DNA from: Candidatus Bathyarchaeota archaeon
GTDB taxonomy: Archaea > Thermoproteota > Bathyarchaeia > Bathyarchaeales > Bathycorpusculaceae
DNA: 64,000 bases
Direction: 5' to 3'
Assembly (NCBI GenBank): GCA_963702095.1
Contig: OY969706.1
Coordinates: 992,001 to 1,056,000 of the forward strand
In this document: positions 38,107-49,300 of the stretch, in pieces
Layout: each line of letters begins with the position of its first letter
Position numbering within the stretch: position 1 is the stretch's first letter
The notes under the pieces: generated by a model
What the model was told of the DNA's origin: nothing
Databases searched by the model: none
Seen by the model: the letters and a program-made list of their open reading frames with translations, nothing else
Position numbers and translations under genes: made by a program

Positions 38107-38826
38107 TTAGTATGGATTTCCGGTTGCGTTGGTGCTTTGAGCTAAATTTCCGACATTGACAGCGTATTTTTTTCCATTCTTATGGAAAACAACAACAAAT
38201 TGGATCCCCTCTTTCAAATTCATTTTGTGGCTTGCAATGAAAGGTTTGGCTTCAGGAAAACCGTCAGCTGCACAGCGATCCAAATCTATGTCGATAAAGA
38301 ATGTTCGCAAAAACCTCTTGTGTGCTTCCTCTTCTTTTCTTTGGCGATCAAGCAACTTTATCAATAGCTTAGCTCTCTGCGGCAAAGACAATGATTCAGA
38401 GGTTTCGTTATACTCCCGCATTTCCTTTTCACGTAGTTCTCGGCAAAACCGATTAAACTGCCCCAGATGGTACGGCTTAATTTTAGCTTGATCCCGCTGA
38501 ACCGTCCGAACACTAACACCCAATCGCTCAGCTATCTCCAATTGGCTTAAATTTGAAAGCTCACAAACCCGTTTCCTTCGCTCACGTTCCTCCCGATACT
38601 TTGCAACACTTTTGACATAGACATGCTTTTTGCGGTAACCTGGCCCTTTCAAACTCGTTTTACGTTTGCAAACGGTGCTTTCTTGTGCTGAATTGTCCTT
38701 TTGCGAGTTGCTGAAAACACCTAAATCAAGCTCCGATTCACCAAAAGACGCCAATAGCTGATCTTTGCGGTCAACTAACCCCCCCTCTTTTTTAAAATCG
38801 TCCATGTCTCTGTAATTCTCCGCCAT
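38107..38826 (-). CDS. HTH-domain protein
   Basis: LSQLEIAERLGVSVRTVQRD. Confidence 0.7.
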   Translation of the reverse strand: MAENYRDMDDFKKEGGLVDRKDQLLASFGESELDLGVFSNSQKDNSAQESTVCKRKTSLKGPGYRKKHVYVKSVAKYREERERRKRVCELSNLSQLEIAERLGVSVRTVQRDQAKIKPYHLGQFNRFCRELREKEMREYNETSESLSLPQRAKLLIKLLDRQRKEEEAHKRFLRTFFIDIDLDRCAADGFPEAKPFIASHKMNLKEGIQFVVVFHKNGKKYAVNVGNLAQSTNATGNPY

Positions 38827-39561
38827 TTTTTAAAGCCTCAAAAACCTCAATTTAGCCTTCTTTTAACCATAAAATGAACGGTTATTAACTTTTTGTCAGG
38901 TATCTGTACTAAGGATTTTACGATACCTTTTTCGGTGCACCTCTATTTTTAGCTTGTAACAACAACTTCACTTGAGAAGAAGAAAAATCGATTTTTTTCC
39001 AGAAATCAGTATTTTTTCTTCTTTCATTCTTGTTTGCCATGCTACAGCTACGGTTGACGAAAACACGTTACACCGCAGTCAAACTGTTAGGGATGCGGTC
39101 TGCTAAATCTTAAGGAGGTGTTTTCCATGTTTTCTCGCAATTTCTCGCAATCATAACTAAACGATTAGTGGAGTCAACGCTTAGTTCTCTTTTTGTCTTG
39201 CCCTATGCATTTTTTTCTTCTTGACTTAAGACCGACCTAAAGAACGCAGGCATTTTCTTAGTAGAAGAAGAAACAACAGTGCAGCAACCTTCTTCTTCTC
39301 TTAAACAGGTCAAAGTTCAAAAGAACAACAACAAACAATGTGCAAATGTTGTAGTTCTACTGCTTAATAGGTGATTCAGTCGATTTTTCTTCGTTGTCCT
39401 GAGCTTTGATTTATGACAAGTGTTTTATGCCTTATCGACTAACAATTGGCTAATATCAACAACAATAGAGCGCAGACTAAACATGGAAGCACATTCTGTT
39501 AGAACTAATCTGGATAGTCATCTGTCAATAATTGTGCTATCTGCCAATCGGAGGATTTTTG

Positions 39562-42450
39562 TTGGCCACTGAATCTAGACATTCCGAGTTTCCTTTGGGC
39601 TCTATTGTTGAGTTGCGATCAAGGCTTTGGCGGGTGGACGACATACGAGACGAGGGTAATGTTCTTGTTGCCACAAGTATCGATGGTGCACCTGTTGAGC
39701 GCCGAAAGTTTTACGTACCTTTTGAGAAGATACGTGCCGGTAAGATTGAGCCGCCTTCAAGTGAAGTTTTGGGTAATTATTCTGCGCAGGATTTAATGTT
39801 GAGGGCTTTTCGCCTCAGTATGATTCATGGTGCTGCGCCTTTGCTTAGTCTTCAGCGGAGCCGGGTTGTGCCTGTTTCTTTTCAGATGGTTCCCGTTGTT
39901 ATGTCGCTTGAGATGCCGCGTGTTCGTTTACTCATAGCTGACGATGTTGGGTTGGGCAAAACGATTGAAGCGGGCCTTACTGTTGTTGAGTTGTTTGCTA
40001 GGCAGCGTGCTTCTCGGCTGCTGGTTATTTGTCCTGCTATGTTGAGGGAACAATGGAAAGAAGCCCTAGATTACTTCTTCCATGTGGATGCTAGAATAAT
40101 ATCTAGTTCTCACCGTCGGGAAATGGAGCGAGAGCTTCTTCCGGGAAGTAACCCATGGGAACATTATCCGTATCTTATCGCATCGATGGATTATGCCAAG
40201 ATGCCTGAGGTTAAACCACAGATTATCGAGCAAAACTGGGATATTGTGCTGGTGGATGAGGCTCATAACGTTGCTAAGCCTCATCAATCAGAATTCAGAA
40301 ACAAAGTTGAGATGGACCGCTGGGAGTTGATGCGTGAGCTCTCCAAGAAAACTAAGCATCTCATTATGCTTACTGCTACACCGCATAATGGCTATACCGA
40401 TACATTTGCTAGTCTGCTTAGGATGCTTGATGTGGGTGCTGTAACTGGTTCAGATAGTGACCCTGTAATCAATCGGGATATTGCAAAGAAGTATGTTTGT
40501 CAGCGTCGACGAAGCGACGTGGAAACTGAAATGAGTAGAGCAGGCGAGAAAAGTCCATTTCCCCAGAGGAACACAAAAGAAGCATACGCTCGGCTTTCTT
40601 CTCAGGAAATCAAGGTTGTCAAGGAGGTTGAGCGGCTAGGTAGGCATATTCTTGATAGTGCAGGTGGCGAGCGTACCTTTAAGATGCACATTGCTAAGTG
40701 GACGGTGATGCATTTTCACAAGCGGGCTCTCAGCTCTCCTTACGCTCTTGTTTGTTCACTTAAGAATCGGCTCAAGGTTATTGATGGAAAAATTGGTGCT
40801 CAAGATAATCAAGTGGATGAAGATGTTGGTTTGTCAGAGGATGAAGCCCGTGCCTCTGTATTGGATAACGATCCGGGGGATCGATTGGATGATGAGGAGC
40901 CTGGTTCAAGGATGGAGCATCATCTGTTTGGGGATAAAGATGCGGCGCTTAAGGAAAAAGAGTTACTGGAGCAGACGCTGTCAGCTGCACGAAAGATTAC
41001 ACCTGACAAGGATGCCAAGCTTGCCGAGTTGCTTGATAATGCATTGCGTGAACTTTATAGGAATAAACCCAAGGTCATAATTTTTACAAGATACAAGGAT
41101 ACATTAGATTATCTTGCTGAGAATATTCCACAACACAGGAATTATCGAGACGCCAAGATTGTTGTGATTCATGGCTCTATGAATGATTCTCAGCGGAAAG
41201 AGCGATTCAAAGAATTTGAGCTTGCGCCCCGAGCTATTCTGGTGGCTACCGACTGCATTTCTGAAGGAATTAACCTCCAATATGTTGCTTCACAGATAAT
41301 TCATTATGAGTTACCGTGGAACCCCAATAGGCTTGAGCAAAGAAATGGTCGTGTTGATCGTTATGGGCAGCGTGAACCCGTTGTTTACATTAGGACAATG
41401 GTTGTTAACGATTCATTGGAAGCTGCTATCCTAAAGGTTTTGGTGGAGAAGGCTTATAGGATTAGAGATGAGTTTGGGTTTTCTCCGCCTTTCTTTGGTG
41501 ACGATTTATCCGTTTTGGATTTAATTCGAGAGCACCGCTTAGAAGTCCCCTTAGGACAGTTAAGTATGGATGCATTTTTTGAAGGTTCAACTTCAAAACC
41601 TGAACTGGTAGTTGATCCTTTTTCTGATGAATCCGTTCAGCGCATGAAAAACGATAACTTTTATGGTCAATCGAGTATCGACTTGTCTGAAGTTAAAAAA
41701 CGTCTCAGTGAAACCGAGAACTTGATAGGGAGCAGTGGGCAGATTCAGGACTTCGTTAAAAGTGGGTTGAAACGGTTTGGTTGCCGATTAACCCCTAACG
41801 TGGATGGCACTCTTCGGGTTGAAGTTTTGGATAATCGTCTCTCTCAAGGGTTAGAGAAAACTGTATTACCAAGAACTACCTTTGACCCCTTGCGAGGCAG
41901 AGACGATCCTGACCTGGAAGTCATTGACTTAGGACATAAGCTGGTAAGAAACCTAATAGAGCTAGTCAAGCAACTTACCTTCTCGCCAAAAGAAACCGAC
42001 GTTTATGGACGCACTGCATGTATAGCAACTAAAGCAGCTAGTAGGGTCTCGGCGGTCTACACGTTTCTTGCAAGGTACGCTGTCCACACCCAACCTGTCT
42101 CTATCGTTGAAGAACTGTTGACTGTTGGGTTTGAAGTACATGGTGACGCTAAGCTAACGTCGGCTGAGGCTGAAGCGCTATCTCATTCAGTACCAACGGA
42201 CAACAGAAGAACTCCCATTGAGATGTGCGAGGACTTGGCAGCTGCGATTTCCAAGAGCAACCTTGAGGGGGCGTTGAAGCTTCGAGCTCAGGAGCGTTGT
42301 ACCGAGTTGACGGCTGAGCGGATGCAGGTGAAAAAGAGCCTGCAGAATCAGGGCGAGCAGCAGTGGCTTCAAGGCATCGACGACCTCTCCGTTGCATCGG
42401 TAGACCTGCTATGTGTTACTGTTTATTATCCTTCTTTGGGAGGTAGCTGA
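39562..42450 (+). CDS. SNF2-family helicase (DrmD-like)
   Basis: IADDVGLGKTIEAG, DEAH, TATPH, SEGINLQ, QRNGRVDR; GGAGG RBS. Confidence 0.9.
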   Translation: MATESRHSEFPLGSIVELRSRLWRVDDIRDEGNVLVATSIDGAPVERRKFYVPFEKIRAGKIEPPSSEVLGNYSAQDLMLRAFRLSMIHGAAPLLSLQRSRVVPVSFQMVPVVMSLEMPRVRLLIADDVGLGKTIEAGLTVVELFARQRASRLLVICPAMLREQWKEALDYFFHVDARIISSSHRREMERELLPGSNPWEHYPYLIASMDYAKMPEVKPQIIEQNWDIVLVDEAHNVAKPHQSEFRNKVEMDRWELMRELSKKTKHLIMLTATPHNGYTDTFASLLRMLDVGAVTGSDSDPVINRDIAKKYVCQRRRSDVETEMSRAGEKSPFPQRNTKEAYARLSSQEIKVVKEVERLGRHILDSAGGERTFKMHIAKWTVMHFHKRALSSPYALVCSLKNRLKVIDGKIGAQDNQVDEDVGLSEDEARASVLDNDPGDRLDDEEPGSRMEHHLFGDKDAALKEKELLEQTLSAARKITPDKDAKLAELLDNALRELYRNKPKVIIFTRYKDTLDYLAENIPQHRNYRDAKIVVIHGSMNDSQRKERFKEFELAPRAILVATDCISEGINLQYVASQIIHYELPWNPNRLEQRNGRVDRYGQREPVVYIRTMVVNDSLEAAILKVLVEKAYRIRDEFGFSPPFFGDDLSVLDLIREHRLEVPLGQLSMDAFFEGSTSKPELVVDPFSDESVQRMKNDNFYGQSSIDLSEVKKRLSETENLIGSSGQIQDFVKSGLKRFGCRLTPNVDGTLRVEVLDNRLSQGLEKTVLPRTTFDPLRGRDDPDLEVIDLGHKLVRNLIELVKQLTFSPKETDVYGRTACIATKAASRVSAVYTFLARYAVHTQPVSIVEELLTVGFEVHGDAKLTSAEAEALSHSVPTDNRRTPIEMCEDLAAAISKSNLEGALKLRAQERCTELTAERMQVKKSLQNQGEQQWLQGIDDLSVASVDLLCVTVYYPSLGGS

Positions 42451-42451
42451 T

Positions 42452-45400
42452 TTGCGAAAAAACCCCCTCAAAAACATGTCAGCGCACGGCGGCATAATCA
42501 CCTCCGAATTTTTAGAAACCATTCAAGGCGAGAACGTCAAGAATCCAAGGGTTGAACCCCAATGCTTTGCAGCCTTCAACCAGCCAACTCCCACAAAAGA
42601 CAAACGAGAACTCGGCGACAAGATAGCCAACTCATTCAAATTGCTTCTTGAACGCTGGGATGCCATATCCCTTCGCTATCAGAAGATGTCTGTTTCTGAG
42701 GCAAGAAGCAAATGGATGGTTCCTCTTTTCAAAGAGTTGGGATTTGATCCTGACTTTAGAAGAGAAGAAATCGTAGTTGGTGGCGATGATAAACTCCGAT
42801 TCCGTCTTTCTCATAGGGGCTGGAGTAGCGAGTTAGCGCCAAAGATACACATGGTTGCTCCTGCCCAAGATTTGGAAGAAGCCAGCGATGGTGGCGAGGG
42901 AGAGGTTGTTAGACGGGGACGAACCCGTAGCCCTCATGATGAAATGCAAGCCTACCTAAACGTAACTAAGGGCTTAAAATGGGGGATTGTAACCAACGGA
43001 ATCTTGCTCCGAGTCCTCCGCGAATACTTCCATACTACAACCAAAGGATATGTCGAGTTTGACCTGGAAAATATCTTCAGGGAAAGAAGCTTTACCGATT
43101 TTCGTGCAATGTACAGACTGGTGCATGCGAGCAGATTCCTCCCCGACCAAGACGGCACCAGCCCTCTAGAGCAATTCTACAAAGAAAGCGTAGCGGCCGG
43201 GGTAAAAGTCGGCGAGGACCTGCGCAAAAACGTTAAAAAAGCAATCGAAGCCTTAGGGAACGGCTTCTTAACACCTGAACTAACCAAGAAAATGATTGAA
43301 GACGAAGAGTTCTGCAAAGCATACTACGCCGAACTACTAAGAGTAATCTACCGCCTACTATTCCTACTGTTTGCCGAACAACGTGCCATGCTGCCAACAA
43401 AAGGCTCACTCTACATCGAAGAATACAGCATAACACGTCTTCGAGAAATGGCAGAAACAAGACACGGCAAAGATGACCACCATGACCTGTGGGAAGGATT
43501 GAGAGTAACCTTTCACATGCTGAAGAAAGGGTGTCTCCCTCTCAAAGTATTTGGTTATAATGGTAGTCTTTTTGATGACGCAGAACTTTCCATACTCTCA
43601 CAACAACAATGTAAGAATGAAGACGTACTCAGAGCAATTAGAAATTTAACATTAGTTGAAGAAGAAAGGGTTCTAAAACGCATTAACTATTTGGATCTAG
43701 GGGTTGAAGAAATTGGTTCGATTTACGAGAGTCTTCTGGACTTTGCGCCAAGAGTATTTGATAAAGAACAAGAAATAGATGAAGAAAATGTTCCATCAAA
43801 TACTTTTTTCCTAGATCCTCGTGGTGTTGCACGTAAATCTTCGGGCAGTTACTACACCCATCCTCGCCTGATAGATGAATTGATCAAGAGTGCTCTGAAA
43901 CCTGTAGTGGACGATAAAATTGCCAATGTCGTGGATAAACAGAATGCATTATTGTCAGTGAAAGTGTGTGATCCAGCTTGTGGCAGTGGGGCTTTTCTAA
44001 TTGCTGCGAACAATTATCTATCGAGAGAACTAGCAAAGCTACGGACTGGACAAGCCGAACCATCTGACAAGGAGGTTAAAAAAGCAACAAGAGAGGTATT
44101 GCAGCACTGCATCTACGGGGTCGACCTCAACCCTATGGCTGTAGAACTAGCTAAAGTCTCATTGTGGATAAACTCATGCGTTGAAGATATGCCCCTGAAT
44201 TTCTTAGATCATCATATCAAATGTGGGAATTCTCTAATTGGATCAAATTCCGAACTACTAAGCAAGGGAATTCCAGACAAGGCATTCGATCCAGTAGGCG
44301 AAGAAGATAAAACAATTTCAAAGAGGATTAAGCTTCAAAACTCTATACAACAAAAGGATAAACTGCTTAGCGAGTTTGGCATTGGAACAATTGAAGCTAA
44401 GAAAGAAGCTCAGGAATATGCTTCGTTAAGTGAACTTGCCGAAAAATCGTCTGAAGATGTGGATGCAAAAAAAAGTAAATATATTGCTTTAGTGAAATCT
44501 CCGGAATTTCTAAAGGAAAAGGAAGTAGCTAACTGTTGGACCTCAGCATTTTTCTGCCCCTTAAACAAAGAAGCTCCCCAACCTCCTACCCAAGGAATTT
44601 TGAGATCTATTCAACTTCGGGGACTTACTTCAATTCATAAAGAAACCGCCAATATGATTGAAAAGCTCTCAAAGGATTATTCCTTCTTCCACTGGGAATT
44701 CGAGTTTCCAGATGTTTTTCTAGGGGAAGGTAAAGGATTTGATTGTATAATCGGTAATCCGCCATGGGATAAGCTAATCAAGAATTCAGATGAATTCTTC
44801 AATTTCTATGTTCCAGACTACAGAGCACAGAACAATAGGGACAAGAAAAGATTACAAGAAGAACTGTGCAAGGACAATGTCATTCTTAAACGATGGCTAG
44901 AATGTGACAATTATTTTTCTCATACAACAAAGTTTTTCGTTCAATCCGACGCTTTTGTGTATCAAGGCAGCGGAACCATTAATGCCTTCAAGTTGTTTAT
45001 CGAAAAAGCCTACCAAATTTGCGGATTGAATGGAAGAATAGGTTTGCTCGTTCCTTCAGGAGTTTATACTGATGAGGGATGCACAGAGTTAAGGAAACTT
45101 CTATTTGACAAAACAAAGTTGGAATATCTTTTATGCATGGAAAACAAGCAGAAAATATTCCCTATTCATAGTAGCTTTAAGTTTGTTGTTTTGGTTACTG
45201 GAAAGGGAGGTCCAACGGAAGAGTTTAGCGCAGGCTTTATGATTCATGACTTAGATGTGCTTTCAAACCTAAAAGAAAACGGGCTAAGAATTCCAGTAAG
45301 ATTGGTAAAGAGATTTTCCCCAGATACATTATCAGTTATGGAATTTGCATCTCAAGAAGAGATAATGCTGATGGAGAAGTTGTATGGCGACATTCCTTTG

Positions 45401-46294
45401 CTAGGGGAAGAAATTAGTGGAACATGGAACGCCAAGTTTCACAGAGAACTTCACCTTTCAGATGACAAGGATATTATACAAACCAAACAAACGCCTCTAA
45501 GGATATTCGAGGGTAAGATGATTCATCATTATTATTACCTATATGAAGAGCCAAGATTTTGGATGTTAGAAAAGGATGCCCTTGATTTCTATGCCCATTG
45601 GGGCTATCAAGCTTGGAAGGAATACCGCCTAGCCTACAGGTTGGTTGCAAGCAGCACAAACGAAACTACCCTAATTACAACAATAATACCCAAGGACGCT
45701 GCATCGGTGAACTCCTTAATGATTTTAGAAGTTCATAGCTTGAAGGCAAAGAACTTGGTTGAGAACATATCAGAAAGTGAACAATGCTTCTTAACGGCTC
45801 TTATGAACAGTTTTGTGATGAATTACATTTTAAGAAGAAAAATTAGCGCAAATCTGAGTGCGTTTTATATTTATCAATTGCCAATACCGAGGTACAAGGC
45901 TGGAAACTGGTTTTTTGATCAATTAGTATGTCGTTCAGCACGACTTATTTGCACCACAGATGAATATGCCGAGCTTTGGGCAGAGGTGTATAGAACAACT
46001 TGGAAAAATATTTCACAAGACCTAACCAGCGAACTTGATGATTGGTCCATCTTAGAACCGAAGTGGACTACCAACTGTGGAGTGCAAGGTTGGGATGAGA
46101 CAAAGCACGATATAGGGAAACGAGCTCAACTCCGCTGTGAAATTGATGCTTTTGTTGCGCATTTATTCAAATTGACTGAGCCTGAGCTAAAGTACATCCT
46201 TTCAACTTTTCCTATAGTCAAAGAAAAGACCCCTTGGTTGATAGATGGCGTGATTAGAGAATACATCCGTTTATCTAAACATCTTAAGACTTAA
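42452..46294 (+). CDS. N6-adenine DNA methyltransferase with fused target-recognition domain (Eco57I/DrmMI-like)
   Basis: GSYYT, DPACGSGAFL, GVDLNP, GNPPW; FFHWEFEFP. Confidence 0.9.
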   Translation: MRKNPLKNMSAHGGIITSEFLETIQGENVKNPRVEPQCFAAFNQPTPTKDKRELGDKIANSFKLLLERWDAISLRYQKMSVSEARSKWMVPLFKELGFDPDFRREEIVVGGDDKLRFRLSHRGWSSELAPKIHMVAPAQDLEEASDGGEGEVVRRGRTRSPHDEMQAYLNVTKGLKWGIVTNGILLRVLREYFHTTTKGYVEFDLENIFRERSFTDFRAMYRLVHASRFLPDQDGTSPLEQFYKESVAAGVKVGEDLRKNVKKAIEALGNGFLTPELTKKMIEDEEFCKAYYAELLRVIYRLLFLLFAEQRAMLPTKGSLYIEEYSITRLREMAETRHGKDDHHDLWEGLRVTFHMLKKGCLPLKVFGYNGSLFDDAELSILSQQQCKNEDVLRAIRNLTLVEEERVLKRINYLDLGVEEIGSIYESLLDFAPRVFDKEQEIDEENVPSNTFFLDPRGVARKSSGSYYTHPRLIDELIKSALKPVVDDKIANVVDKQNALLSVKVCDPACGSGAFLIAANNYLSRELAKLRTGQAEPSDKEVKKATREVLQHCIYGVDLNPMAVELAKVSLWINSCVEDMPLNFLDHHIKCGNSLIGSNSELLSKGIPDKAFDPVGEEDKTISKRIKLQNSIQQKDKLLSEFGIGTIEAKKEAQEYASLSELAEKSSEDVDAKKSKYIALVKSPEFLKEKEVANCWTSAFFCPLNKEAPQPPTQGILRSIQLRGLTSIHKETANMIEKLSKDYSFFHWEFEFPDVFLGEGKGFDCIIGNPPWDKLIKNSDEFFNFYVPDYRAQNNRDKKRLQEELCKDNVILKRWLECDNYFSHTTKFFVQSDAFVYQGSGTINAFKLFIEKAYQICGLNGRIGLLVPSGVYTDEGCTELRKLLFDKTKLEYLLCMENKQKIFPIHSSFKFVVLVTGKGGPTEEFSAGFMIHDLDVLSNLKENGLRIPVRLVKRFSPDTLSVMEFASQEEIMLMEKLYGDIPLLGEEISGTWNAKFHRELHLSDDKDIIQTKQTPLRIFEGKMIHHYYYLYEEPRFWMLEKDALDFYAHWGYQAWKEYRLAYRLVASSTNETTLITTIIPKDAASVNSLMILEVHSLKAKNLVENISESEQCFLTALMNSFVMNYILRRKISANLSAFYIYQLPIPRYKAGNWFFDQLVCRSARLICTTDEYAELWAEVYRTTWKNISQDLTSELDDWSILEPKWTTNCGVQGWDETKHDIGKRAQLRCEIDAFVAHLFKLTEPELKYILSTFPIVKEKTPWLIDGVIREYIRLSKHLKT

Positions 46295-46348
46295 GTGCTG
46301 ATACCTCTAACTGTTGTTAATCAGAGTAACGCTAGAAGTGTTGAAAAA

Positions 46349-49300
46349 ATGAATCCATTTGAGACTCTATCGTACGTTCAAGATACCTATAGAACATATG
46401 TCTATACTTTTCAGAAGATAAGAAGCCCTAAAATCGAAAAATGGGTTCAGGACAAGATTGCTGAAGGTACTCTTCTTTGGAAAGATCCCTATATTCAGCT
46501 TAACCGTCGTTTTGAGCAAGGCGATTCGTTACAAAAGTTAGTAGATGAGGGTATTCTTCATAGAGGAGTTCTGAAGATTTTTTCAAGGAAGGAGGCCAAT
46601 GGACAGCTAACAGGTAGCCCTATCCTTCCTTACAAGCATCAGAGTGAAGCCATTCTTTCTATATTAAGGGACAATGCAAATACTCTTGTTACTACGGGGA
46701 CTAGTTCTGGTAAGAGCTTCTGCTTTGGTATTCCAATCGTTAGTGAATGCCTTAAGATGCGCGACCAGGGCTTGAGTGGGATTAAGGCGATTATTGTTTA
46801 TCCTATGAATGCTTTGGCTAATAGTCAGTATGAGGATTTTGCGCTGAGGCTTCATGGGTCTGGTTTGAAGATTGGGCTCTATACGGGCGACACTAAGAAT
46901 AGTCCTGATGAGGCGAGGGCAGCGCTGAAAATGGCCACTGGCAGAGAGGAACCATATGATAGCGAGCTTTTGTCCAGAGATGAGATTCAAGCTAACCCAC
47001 CGGACATACTCATGACCAACTATGTCATGTTAGAACTGCTTTTGACACGTTTTGAAGATAGAAAACTCTTTCCTAAAGACCAACGTAGCCTCAAATTCCT
47101 TGTTTTAGATGAGATTCATACTTATTCAGGCAAAAAAGGCGCCGACGTGGCCTGCCTAATCAGGCGGTTGAAACAGCGCACTGGTACAATTGGCAAACTA
47201 CGGTGCATTGGCACAAGTGCGACCGTTCAAAGCGAAAAAGGAGAGAGGGGCGAAGAGCTCATCGCTGATTTTGCCAAGACTCTCTTTAGTGAAGATTTCC
47301 AGCCAGCACACGTCATAGGAGAACATTACCTCAAAATATCGCGACCTAGTGCTGACCCGCTGCCCTCAGCCATCCATGTAACAAATGAAATGCTTGAGCA
47401 TTTTGATGGAACTCTCGAAAAAGCCATCGCGTTAACAGAAGCATTAACTGGAAACCCCGTAGCCGACCAGGACAAAACAGCAGAAGGCATAGGCAAAATC
47501 CTCTCTGCCCAGCAAACGGTGCAGTTCCTTGAAGACAAACTCTCAGAAAACTCTCAATCGCTAGTAACTATTCTCAAAGAGTACAAGGAACGGCATCGAC
47601 TTAGCTTTTCAGAGGAAGACGTCGCCAAGGAGCTAAAAGCGGCACTATTAGCCGGATCAGTTGGAATGGTGGAGATCCTTGGCAGCCAACAGCCCAAGTT
47701 TGTCCCAAAAATCCACACATTCTTCTCACAGGGCAAAACGATCACAACCTGCCTAACTAAAGACGGACCACACCTAAACGAACGCGGAGAAAGCACCTGC
47801 CCAACCTGCGCTAAAGACCAAAAAACAAGAGCCACCTTTCCCCTCAACTTCTGCCGAGCCTGCGGACAAGAATTCTACGGCGCCACCATAACAGAAGACA
47901 ACACGCTTTACCCCCGAGACATTGACATGGTTGAAACTCAAGGAACTAACGCTTACCTACAGATAGGAACTTTCAATGAGGAGACTGTTCCTTTTCCAGC
48001 AGAATGGTACGATAAAGAAGAAAAACAGCTTACAGCAAAACATGAGGAAGCAAGACCCCAAAGAGCGATCTACTGTCCAAGTTGCAACAAGATATACGCA
48101 ACATGCAGCTGCAAAGACCGCTTGGAAGTAACAGTTGTTCCATCGCCGTTTCTTTTCTGCCCCACGTGTGGAGTTTACTACGACAAGAGGTCAAGAGAAT
48201 TTAGTAAACTGTTCACGTTTGGCTCAATCGGCAGAAGCACAGGAACCGACGTTCTGGTGTCAAGCGTGGTTTCAAAGCTTAACCCAGACGAGAGAAAATT
48301 AATCGCGTTCTCGGACAGCCGCCAAGATACAGCTCTCCAAGCTGCTCACATGAATAATCTGCAGAAAAGAATCCATTTCAGACAATCACTCTACTACGCC
48401 CTAAAAGACAACGGCTACATCGAAGGTACAGACAAAGCCCTCGACATTAACCAAACAGGACTTAAGATATTCAAAACTATGGAGAACAATGATGTTATCC
48501 CAGATTATGCAAGGGCAAGAGGCAAATACGTCAAAACATCGGATGCCGATGAGGCGTATCAACGTTATCTAGAATACAACGTAGTCTTAGACCTAGGCTC
48601 CTCTACAAGAAAGAATCAAAGAAACCTCGAAGAAGTCGGATTAGTCCAGGTAATCTATAATGGACTTGAAGGTCTATCCCAAGACGAGGCGCTATGGAAA
48701 AAAATCAACCCCCTCGCAACCCTCTCACCAATAGAGAGACAAGACTATCTGAGCGGTATTCTAGATATTTTTAGAAGTAAACGCGCAATAAGCCACAAAG
48801 ATGTCCTCAACCAACGAGAATTTAGAAATGAAATCATTTCTAAATTAACTGAAGAATGCCAATTTGACATAGGTGCAGAAGCACCTGGTACCATAATGGG
48901 CTACTCAGATACAGCACGCAAAGGCGACAAAACCAAATATGTGCTGAGGATAACTGGACCGAAAAGCCGACTTATGATATGGACACAAAGAGTCCTGGGC
49001 TTAAGCCGCGAGGAAGCTGCTGATCTGCTAAACCAAATCTTCAGCATTCTATCCGATAAAGAGCTCCTACCCATATTGGCTTCGGTACCCGTCAAAGGAT
49101 ATAGAGGCATATCTCTTGGCGAAGTCTACATGCTAGACAGCCAATACCTCCAGCTCCAAGCCCTAAACAAAACCAAACATAAAATATGCCCAAAATGCGG
49201 CTTACTACACCACCGACAAACCATAGACATCTGCACAGACGTCAATTGCGGACAACTAGAACAAAGAGACTTTGAAAAAAACTATTTCAGAATAGCCTAC

